A stretch of DNA of 64,000 nt from Phoronis australis. Lineage: Eukaryota; Animalia; Phoronida. The notes beneath the pieces are model-generated. The model ran no database searches. It was not told where the DNA came from and was given only the letters and a program-made list of their open reading frames with translations. Below are positions 35,759 through 47,700 of the stretch, piece by piece. Position 1 is the first letter of the stretch. Each line of letters starts with the position of its first letter. The position numbers and the translations under genes are program-made. The stretch is taken from the NCBI GenBank assembly GCA_002633005.1, contig NMRA01000924.1, forward strand, positions 1 through 64,000. Direction: 5' to 3'.

Positions 35759-38700
35759 AAATGAGCTGTCACCAAGAACATGATAAATAGTGATGTACAT
35801 AAAGATGCCTCCAAGGTTCTAAGAGTTTAATTTTGTGGGTATAGTCCACCAGAACAAATTTGATTTGATTAAAATAAACTTTCCTGGACAGATCAAACAC
35901 TACTAACAGTGATATAGCGATGTATATAGTGATGTATATAGCTATGTATATAGTGATGGCAGAAGAACTGTCAATAGAAACAGGCTGTATGATACGTTTT
36001 TTTCTCATGACAAAGTTTTAATGTGAGGCTGTTTGATACTTTTAAGCAGAGATTGAAAAAAGAAAGCTGCACCTCACTCTCAAAGTTTGCTAAATGTTTT
36101 TCGTGTTATAGAAACTCACCGAGAATTATAAACTATAATTATAAGCATAAGGATAAAAAAATTCAAAATAATTTTGCTTTAGAATAGTGATAACACAGCA
36201 CCAATACACAACTGTATTGCTCAACAGACACACAGCATAGTGGGTAAATAATGCAGAACCACAGAGGGCGCTGTGATATTTTGGGACATGGCTATTGCGT
36301 TAGACAGCCTGAATACTCAATACATGTAGGTCAGAGTTCAGGGAAAGAATTAGAAACCCAATGACTGAAGTCAAGCTCAAACCTCACTTGACTTTTTATG
36401 TTATCTGTATAGCATTACTTTAGTACGACTTCCAGGAATGCGATTCATTATCAGTTTAGTCCTCTAGTATGAAATGGTTATATCATCTGAGCATACAATG
36501 TTGGCAAGGGGTGATCCCAACATTAAAGCTTAAGGCTTCAGTCTAGGCACCCAGTCAAAGTAAGCCCGGGGCGATCCCAACATTTAAGCTTAAAGCTCCT
36601 GTCTAGGCACCCAGTCAAAGTAAGCCCGGGGTGATCCCAACATTAAAGCTTAAAGCTCCTGTCTAGGCACCCAGTCAAAGTAAGCCCGGGGTGATCCAAA
36701 CATTAGAGTTACAAGCTACAGTTTAAACACAATCAAAGTAGGCACAAGGTGAGTGTAACATTAAAGCTACAACCTCCAGTTTAAACACACAATCAGAGTA
36801 TGATCGAGGTAACCTCGACATTAATGATACAAGGTCCAGTTTAAGCAAAAATGAAGGTGTGCCCAGGATGATTATGACATTAAAGCTACAAGTTCTAGTT
36901 TAAGTACAAAATCAAAGTAGGCTTGAGATGATCCCAACATTAAAGTGACAAGATACAATGTAAGAAAATTTGAACTTAAATCTTAAGAGTAGAAAGCTGA
37001 CAATCTCCGCACATATAAAGTAGTTCATCATGATGTCTTATGAATAGACGAAACGTTGAGTTAACATGAACTTTTTTATTTGTGCGGCGATTGTCCATTT
37101 TCTAATCATACTTTGGTTAAAAAATGATGTAATTAAATCTTAAGGTTACTATTGAACCAGAGACCAGGATAAGTGGCCTTCTTGACACTTTAGAACAAGC
37201 AGAGAGGTGGCACTTTTTGGCAAACACATCCTCGCTGTGAGCTAAACAGAGACTACGAAGTTGTCCGACAGACAGAGTACAGTACAAGGCTGCATCTCTC
37301 TCTGTAGGTACAGTCTTACCTACTTCTTACTAGCTGGATACAATGTCTTACTTCATTGCAGAGGATTTGCCAGAAATGGAAAAGAAATTTTTGAAATTTT
37401 CTCTACGACAAACCCAATTGCCATTCTTCACTTGTCCCCCGTCGCTCTCACCTGGTGAGTTTCAGCATTAATAAGTAAGTAGGTCAAGATGTCCGCCCCC
37501 ACTGCCTCACCACCGTATACTGCTATACAGGCCAGCAGGCGGCCCAACCACTGCCGTCTGCAAATGTGTACAAATAAATAGGTCAAACGTACTTTATTCT
37601 TCAACAAGTTAACTTCTCATATCCTTCACCACAACTTCAAAGCATTACAAAACATTTGTTTACAGGACCGTGTGCAGTGAGCTGTGAGTAGCTGTCACTT
37701 GTCTAATAAATCATGTTACTGTCATTACTGGTTATTATCCATGTAATTGGTTCTGGCTCCAGGCTGTTAAATCAATTTCATATTAAACCAACACTCACAA
37801 CATTTATCTTCAATTGAATTGGGGATAGAACAAGCTCTGCTAGGAACCAGACATTTTCAGTGCGATTTCTGAAAACTTGGGTGTCTTCCTGCAGCAAATA
37901 ATTCTAAATGCATTACTTAGAGCCTCTGACAACAGCGTCCCCTACCTGTGATCGGCAGAGTGCAGACAAGCTGTACAGATCCATTGCATATGTTTTCGCA
38001 GAGCTGCCAACAGAGGGATCACCGTGCCAGTGTCACCACTACGACTGTGGACAATGCGCTGCAGTTCCAACACCAGGTGATCCTGCAATGGAAAAGTCAA
38101 GAATTGAATGAGTAGGTTCATGAATATTCAAACAATTTGAAGGCTTTTCATGCTCAGGCAGTTGGGAATATTCAAAGATTAAAATGTTGCCTCAGCTGCT
38201 TCACTGCAAATTTTTGTTTTTGATCCTTTCGCATTTTCCCAGTGCCTGCTTAATCTTCAGGAAACTTAGAAAATAGGGCACAATAAGCAAAACATTGACA
38301 ATGAATTGCTCTAAAAACTTCAGGGTAACATGCGTGTACAGAATGGCTTGAAATTATATCAATACATTGAAGCACTTATATATGGTACTTAAGATTACAG
38401 ATTAAGAAACGATTTAAACGATCAATGAAGGATTTTGTTTGAAAAACCCGGTCCCGCGTTTTGTTTTAAATTTGAGTCAATTAAACATCCATGCTGGACA
38501 GCAACAAGGCCATTATGACAAATGTAATTTGACAGGTAAGCGATCAAAAAAGAATTCTCCAGAAACACAAAAAATTCGAAAACCTTGAATTTTGTCCTGG
38601 ATTTATGTTGGTCAGTGTGATAGGGTTGATGAACTGTAATTACCTTGAATGAAATTTATGATTAACTTGGTCATGATAGGGCAAATACTCAACTTGTTAT

Positions 38701-41700
38701 TTGATGCATTTGTCAGTGAATGAGTCACAAAAATACATCTTTGGCAGTGAGAATTTTAAATACCTTACTAAGTCTTAGTTGCCTTGGACTTATGCTCAGA
38801 CAAACATGTTACATAATGTTGAAACCATCCCGAGAATTGATTAACTTGAGACCTAGTAAATATTTGTTGATCACACCAACATAGAGAGGTTCTTACAACA
38901 TGTGACCACATGCCTCAACGGCCTACATCCCCTAGTAACAGTTTTCAAAAAAGTTGATTTTTTAAAATTCTCTGGCTTTCTACAGGCTATGTCAAAAACT
39001 TTCCAAGAAAAGTGACGAGAAATAACAGTAATTATTTTATAATTAATTATAAAAATTAGCAATTATCGACAACATTAGATTTCATCAATTTTTGGGGAAT
39101 TCCAAGTCTCAAAATGTAGCAAGACTGTGGCAAAAATGTTGAGAAAAGTCAAGAAAACTATCTTGCATACCTCAGCTTTGACAACTGAGGTGTATAACTA
39201 CTGAAAACAGGCAAGAAAGGACAAAATGAGACCAGCTCTGAGTCTGTTACAACTAAGCTTTTCATTGTGAAACAAGTTTCAACATTTTGTACAGTTCTCC
39301 ACAGAGGGCACTGAACATCATGGTGAGTGAATGCCTTCTGCCCATGAAGCCACTGAGCAAATAATTCATTCATATGTAGATTCTACTACTTGTATGAGTC
39401 AGTCATTAGTGGGTTCACATAGAAAATTAAAACGGTGACCTTTGAACACGACAGATATGGTGTCCTCAAAAAGACGTCAAGCAGTTTGTTGTCTCAACAT
39501 CCATTATCTTATTAAAAAATGGTCTAATTGTTCAAGCACGTTTAATCTCTCCAAAAAGCTAACTAACAAGCAATTTTCAAAAGCACCCTCTGCCCTGCAC
39601 ATAATTATGTGTTGATTGAAGAGACACCTGGCTTCAAAAGGTGTAACTAGAACAACTTCAAAAACCACCAGCACAAAAGACTGTTGCATCTACTCACAAT
39701 ACTAGACAAAGTGTTCAGTGTTACTAGTCACACTGATACAAACTCTGCACAATATAAATTTATATAATCACTGAATCGAATACTAACGAGCAAATTATTA
39801 ATCAAAACACTCTCATACCAATATAACGGAGCAGCTTAACTCCACAGCTGGGTTCAACTCCACAGCAACCTCCTGACCTTTGTTGGCCACCTCTGTTGGG
39901 TTGAGCAGGAACTGCAGCACTCCTAGACATCCCTCTTCAGTTCTCATTAGCAGATGTACAACCAAGCTGAGTAAGGATCCTGTCTCACGACGAGCACGCT
40001 CCCAGCTACGGTACTGGACACACAGTTTGTTGAGTATCATAGGAGTGACTGCGGAGAAGAGTAGACTGATTGAATACTGTGAGTAGTAGACTGATTCTAG
40101 TCCATAGGTTTATTTGGCTGTTCTATTTGTTTAATAGTAGATGACACTCGATTGAAATGACCAATGTGGTCAGAGCAGTGGTTTAGAATAGTAGGGAATA
40201 GTCTAGAAAATTCCAGTATTTGAGTGAAGTGACTCATGTATAACCATAGTCTGGAACATTCCAGAGCCTAGTATATGAGTGTAAAGTGGACAGATTACGA
40301 AAAGTTCTTACGTGCTTGACTAGGTGAAGTTCTAGAAGATTGTAAGAGACTATAAATACCCAGGCACGGGTTAGTGACAGTCAGTTGAAGGTCAGTTAAA
40401 ATTGAGCTTAAATTGAAGCTATCTTGAAGTTATAGAATCAGTAAAAGGTCAATAGAGACAGCTGCAGAGACAGCCGGTTATTGAATCAACAAGAGTCACA
40501 ATTGATGTAACTAACTCAGTTCATCACAAGTCAAGGCTTTGCAGCATTGGCTGGAGCTTAGAACAGACAATTTGTCCGACATTTTGTCGGACATTTTGTT
40601 TGAGTTGACTTTTGAACACATGGTCGACATTAAGTTATTATCTCTAATTAGTCTGTAGTCTATCAAAGCATCAAAAACTATTATGTTGAACAACCCCTAG
40701 AACGGTAAGCCCTAGACAAAAACAAGACATTTCTGATGGCCATTGAAATGATCTGTCCACAGAAAAAAATACTCATGACAATCCCTCCACAGACAGGAAA
40801 GCTATGGTAAGGAAACCAAAAAAGATAAAAAATCGGCTGCCACACTGCCATCTTTTGACCAATTTCTACAAAAAAAATTGCTGATCAGATAAGAACAGCC
40901 ACCACTAACAACATTTCAGCAAGTGTTTCACATTAATGTGACTACTGTAAAGTGTGTAAAGCTTCACTGTTTCTTGTTCCAGGTTGAAGTTCTATGACAT
41001 GTTATCACCCTTCTACCGTATTCGCTGTAATAACCACCCAGGGTGCTTAGAAAAGTTCGTTTCACTGGGGGCGCTTATTATAACCCAAGGCCTTTGAAAC
41101 CCGGTCTTCGAAACAGGTAAAATCGGAAGCTAAGATTCATTATATTTACGCTCTGTGACGTATCTGTAATCTATGAAAGACTTTTTACAAAACCATGGTG
41201 CACTGCTATCAAATTTTGCTGCTAAATTACGATCATATTACAGAAAATTGTGCTGAAATCCCAAAGCAGTCCCATAGACAAGTACACTACTTCTGTTATG
41301 AAAGGCCAGACCATTGGTCCTAGCAAGATCAGCAGAACTTTTGTATTCGTGTTGAGGCATGGCGGAAGTTTGAAGTGTATAGTCACGGCTAAATCCCGAC
41401 ATAACGGCGAGGCTCGGGGTCTACAAATTCTGCACAAATTGATTTTTTTCAGGACTGTTGAATATTATTGATAAATTGAAGATGTTAATGTAGAATTTTA
41501 GGACTGTAAGTAAGGCATTTTTCGCATGTACATGTTCATGGATGGGGCGCTTACTTTAGCAACGTCTGAAAACCCGTGGGGGGCGCTTATAGGGGCATGG
41601 GCGGTTATTACGGTGAATACGGTAACTGTCCACACTCATGATTAGTACGGGTCAGATATCTAAGAGCGGTCAACAATAGTCAGGCTCTCGGGCCTTGTGA

Positions 41701-44700
41701 TGAAGGGCCTGATGATGATGACGGACCTAATCATGATGACGAGGCTGATCATCATGACGGGCCTGATGATGACGGGCGTGATGATGATGACGGGTCTGAT
41801 GACGACAAGCCTGATGATGATGGGCCTGGTGATGACGGACCTGATGACGGGCCTGACAATGACAATGAGCGTATACTGTGTACTTACAGTTGTGGATGAA
41901 CTCTGTAGCGATCACCTTCAGCAGTAGACTAGACATGGAGGCTAGATGGAGCAAGAAAGGCACAGTGAAGGTGTGAATGTCACCATTTGAGGGAGTCAGA
42001 CTGTCCTGAAACAGAGAGGGCACACCGTGGAAGGAAAGCAACATTCTCCACTTGTAACAAAAAAAATTAAACACACAGTTAACTGCATAATTCATGAACA
42101 AGCTGTGAAGTCCCTGTTCATGCCAAACATTCCGTGACTTCAAAGCTAGTGAATAGATTATCAAACTTGATGTAGGTGAGTCAAACTAGTTACCATGATG
42201 ACCCAAGTTGGGTGGTGGAGAAAACTCGATACTAGGTGTGCATGACATCAGTGGAGCAAAATATACTGTTCTGAAACGGGGCAATCCTGCCACTTCAGTC
42301 AATCTGCCAGCTGCTCCTCTCAAAGCACTTATAACACAACAGTACTCCTGGAATAATTAATTTCTTAGATGATTGTTCCCAGAGTCTGAAGCACCAAAGG
42401 GAACATACAAATGCCGATGACATCGCTGCTTAAGAATAATCACAGAAAGGTAAGGGTGGAGATGGGCACTTCTTTGTAACATCCAATTTGAAACAATGCT
42501 GTGGTTGATTGCTTTGACATTTCACAAACAGTTGTGAGATAACATATGACTGCATAATTTTTCTGTCATTGGAGTGAAGTTAGTACGGACTATTCTGTTG
42601 ATCTTACTTTCAGTTTGTCCATTTCTGTGATATTGAAGGTGCATTCAATATGGCTTTTAATTGCTCACAGTTAATGTTATTGCTTAATTTATTCACAAGC
42701 TAACATCTAGGAACAGAGAGAGACAGCAATATTGTTACCTTAAACAAAGCTAGGAGTGCCTTCTTTATGTCGTTTCCATGGCGACTGGCCAGGTGACTGA
42801 GGATACCAACAACAGAGGCTACCTTTGGTATACTCTGGCGTTCGTAGCTGGACCGTCCACTAGTGGCCCGTCCACCAGTGGATCGTCCACTCGTGTCCAG
42901 TTGAGAATAGTCCTTTAGTCCACACATGAGCACACGACTGATGATGGTAGTAGGGAATGACGATCTAGAGAATAAACATGAGGAAATGTAGTGATGTGAC
43001 TGTGATCATGGAAAGTGACCAATCAATAGTCTTTGGGGCTTGGAATGACCAATGACAAACAAGTTAGAGAGAAAAATTTCCCAGCTGATATGTTGTGGAA
43101 TAACCAATGACAAACAAGCTAGAGGAAAATCTTCCAGCTGAATTATCGTTCCACAAATAAAGTTTTGTGTGCTAGAAATATTTTTGTGCAGTAAAATTTA
43201 ACTGATTCATAAATGTATTTGGAAGAATAAAATAAGGCAAATTAATGGTAAAAAGAGGCAAAAAAGAGGAAACTAATAGAATCAAGAAAGAGGAAATTGA
43301 AACCACAATGAGAAACTCAAAACTAAACAGGAAATCCTGTTAATAGAGGAAAATTCCAAGCCCTAAGTCTCACCACACTTTCAAGCCTTATGGGTTGCCA
43401 TATCAGTATTCTGAGTTTATATGTACCATCATACACTTAGACGTGGTTATGCTCACAATGACGAGAATCTAACCTTGGTCAAACAATGAGACACTGACAG
43501 TGATAGACTTCTGATCTGTGGCGGAATTAGTCACTAAAACTGAAATTTAGTGAAAAAACATTTGATCTTGAGCACTTTTGTATAATATCAAGTGGAAAGC
43601 AGATTTTGATCACTTATCTTGGCGACTACTTCGACAAATGAGTAAGAAACAAAGTTATAGTCCCAACATGTGAATATAACGACGCAAGAGCAATGTAGGC
43701 ATTGACATGCACCCATTGGGGGCCTCAACATGTGAATATAAAGAGGCAAGAGCAATATAGACATTGACACGCACCCATTGGGGGCCTCGTATACATCAGA
43801 GATGAGCATTGTTTTACAAAACCAGATTTTGGCCTATTAACAGACACTAAAAACAACTCTTCTATCTAGTTCTCAGAAACAAAAGGACGTCCTATGTACA
43901 ATGTAACCCTCAACAGCCCTCAAAGTTTGGAGGAAAATTTGTAAACTCCCTTCAATGTCTACTAAACAGGCAAGCATGACGTACGCTTAATTACCGCATT
44001 ACATGGGTATAGTGGGCAAAGACCACCCACCAAGCATCATTATGTCCATTCTGTGAGATGTGGAGAATTAGTTTTAGTTGATTCCTGCCTTTAACTTGGA
44101 AGATTAACGTTAATGATGCAGGTGACAGAACGAGGATTGGTGGAAATCGACAAAACTGGGCTTAGTATCCTTTTAAAGACTTTAACTAAATGGAGTGTGC
44201 AGAGTGTTTAAAGGGTGCAAAGCAACTCAGGTATGCACACCTCAATAAGAACACACCTGCCACCATACATCATGAATTTTCAGGCAGAAGAAGGTCACAA
44301 AACAGCCTCACTAGGTAGTACTGCTGTCATGAACATACAGCGTGAAGGAACTTGGTATATAATTGTCAAGGAAAATGTTAAGAAATACAGAAATCCTGTT
44401 GGAGACATGGCAGTTTCATCCCTATATCCAAGTCAGTCATATTCTCCCCAACAGAAATACATGCCAGATTCTTTAAGAAACTTGCATTGAGAAACAGGAA
44501 AAAATTAAATTTCTACAAGAGGGTACCAAAGTGGTCAGACCCCTTCAGTCATGCCGTTCCCAGAAGGAACATGCATGCCAATTTCCATCATGAAACTTAG
44601 AGTGATTTGGCCGATAAAGAGACAATGATAAAAACCAGACTTGAATGCAATAAAAATGGCCACAAGGTGACATACAATATGCCATATTCATCCAAAAATG

Positions 44701-47700
44701 GTGAGTTGTTCTTGTCTATTCAATAAAAACTGATTTATCATAAAACATTAAAAGTCCGTTGAGAAATTTGTTAGATACAGAAGAAAAGATAAACACTAAA
44801 GTTATCCCCATGCAGCCCAATAATAGTCAGATACATATAAAAGTCGTCGTCATCAACTGCCACGTATCCCATTAAAACATTATATTTAAGAGATACATCC
44901 ACGGACAAGGAAAAGTGCCACTAGGGTGCACCACAATAGTCATGACCATTCATCCTCAGCTGTGCTCTTCCCCGTAGGAACACATAATTACGGTATGCAA
45001 ATTTTTGAAATGAAGAAGTTTGCCAGATAGAGTTATGGACATCAAAAAACAAACTAAAAATATGCCAGTTCAAACCTTTAAAATGAGATTTGTGGAAAAT
45101 ATGAACCACAACCAGCTCAGCAATCAGTGCACAGTCAGTAATTAGCATGGCAAGGTCTCAGGGAAATAGCACTGTATAATGCAGGATACACGAGCTGGCA
45201 CGCTAGGTTATTAGTTCTACGTGATCCATTAGCAGAACTGCACCTCCTAGGTCATTAGTTCTACCTTATCCATTAGCAGAACTGCACCTCGGTTAGACAA
45301 GTATGACATATTAGAGATAACGCTTAGTTTCTGCTAAGTTCCTGCTTAGCGTAGCAACCACTCAAACCTACAAGGTGTTTAATTATAACAAAAATTATTC
45401 ATTTCACGCGACCTTAATATCAAGATGCATTGAACAAAGACTTCCAAAATTAAGTTCAAATACCTTACCCGATGTGACCCACCACCCAATCAAAATGAGG
45501 CGAGTGTTTCACCGAGGCCTCCAGCAGGGCGTCCACGCAGGCATCGGCAGAAGTAACACCGATCCTGGAAAGACACGTGATGTGTGACACGCGTGAGACA
45601 AGTGCATAGCTAGTCATATATTACCGTATTTTAGAGACATCAGGGGAATTCTGAATGTTTTATAAAAACGGAATCATCAATTGAACGCCATTAATAGTTA
45701 ACATTGTCCATCAATGAAACCGGACATTGACGTCACATACATATAATGTTTTAATAATAGAGATTTTGACCACAATTAGAAGTAAGACGTGGAAAACAAA
45801 AATGATCGTAGAGAGCGGCATAAAAATGACACTTCGATATTAATAAAAGATGATGAGTAGACATACAGCAGAACATCAGGACAGAATGTTAATGAAATAC
45901 AAGAATGTTCACTTTACGTCACTTCCATTATGATATTTTGTTTTCTGTAACAATACGTGATCATCAATATCAAAATGTCATTTTCATGCTACACTCCAGC
46001 CTCAGTTTTGTTTTCACTTCTTAAATATAATAAATGTTCTTTACTATGAATGTCAGCCATTTTCTGACAGCACCTGTTCAAGAGATGCGCTGATTCAAGA
46101 GGAACGGAGGCAACTGTTGCGTTATAGACGGTATTCAGCCAAACTACTAGGTCACATATTCAGCGAGAGGAGTGTATCAAAATATACCATAGAGGACAGC
46201 ATGCTTTCAACAGAAGATCCTTAGCGGCATCCAATTTTAACAAGTGCCGAGTTTGAGAAACATCTCCAAGGATGCCAGAGCAATGGCTTCCAGAAAGGAA
46301 CGTTTCAAAAAAGATGACCAAAGTTCCACTCAATGTCTCAATTCAGCAACAAAGCAAACGACAAAGTCGAGAGTGATCGACTTGAAACATATTAAAAGAA
46401 GATTTCAACTTCATCAGACTGGAAATAGATGTTCAAACAAACACACAAAGTTAATGGCGGTGTAACATTTCACCAAATTAATAAACCCCAAAACTCAAAC
46501 TCACATGGATGAGAAGCCCTCAGAGGCAATGTCCATCAAAGTCTTAGTTGCTTTACAGTTCATCCACACCTGAAGTAATTCATTCAGACTACTAGCCTGG
46601 GGTACACCACGACGCGACGAGTACTTACTGCTAATCTGACCAAGGATCTCTATGGACCACTGGAAATAAAGGTCTTACAAAGATGAGCATGTGTACATTG
46701 TCGTCAGCAAGAATGTCTAGTCGGCCATCAGAAATTTAATAAATCTTCATGAAATTTAATCACTCAGAAAATGTTTGATGTCACATTGATCATACCTTAA
46801 CAGATGTGTTAGGTGATGTATACTTGATATTTAATGCTCTTAATAAAAATTCAGTTAAGTGACCAAAATAAACGTCATTTGATTTTAATCTAGACACATA
46901 AAAGTTATAATAAATTCTACACAAGTCTTGACCAAAGCTGCTGTCAATAGTCATTTTATCTTAACACAGATATCATAAAACATGTTTAACAAAGCGAAAA
47001 CACCGACCACTTACGGAAGAAATAATGGCCGCCCATGCTTCAGGGTTCTGCCTGATGAACTTGATCAAAACATCGAAGACATCATCAATAGTCCGGTCCA
47101 GCTGCTGTCCATCAAGACTGTGATAGCCCGCCCCCATGTCCAGTTGACTGATGTATATATTGGCAGCCTCATCAAACAAAACATGGAAATGTTCCAGCAC
47201 AGCAGTCCTTGTAGACGGCAGAGTTTGTATCAGGTAAAGAGCTGTGTGTGTACGCTCAACCAGACTAACGTTACTATGGTAGGAGCAACCCTGCACAAAC
47301 CGACCGACCTCCCGCAGGATGTTCTGAAATACAAAGTTTGGTTAGACCAACTTGTACAACATTTTTTCAACTACATAACCTAAAACTACAATGCACGTGT
47401 TGCAACAATTTGACAGTCATCCAGAGCCAATCTGGTTAAAGCAATTTAAATGTCAATGTTGATTCTTAACCAAAGCGCTTTAAGCTAGATGCCAAATGGG
47501 CTGGTAACTCCAGTCGCAGGTAAAGTGAACATAAATCACAAAAATTTCTAAATCTAGTCTGCAGGCTACCTATTGGCTACATCATGTGACCTAATGAACA
47601 TCGGTACGAAAAGATTTCTGCCCCCCGACCAGGACTCGGACCCAGGATCTCGTGCTTACTGCGCAGCCATACTGCATGTGAAGGATTGCGGTATGATACC

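Noticed and set aside
34049-36965. Regular 58-60-bp repeats as possible CRISPR arrays
   Set aside because: Whole units repeat with no unique spacers; intronic in a eukaryotic gene; no cas genes
41697-41887. Met-rich and His-rich ORFs
   Set aside because: Translations of an intronic GAT-rich minisatellite
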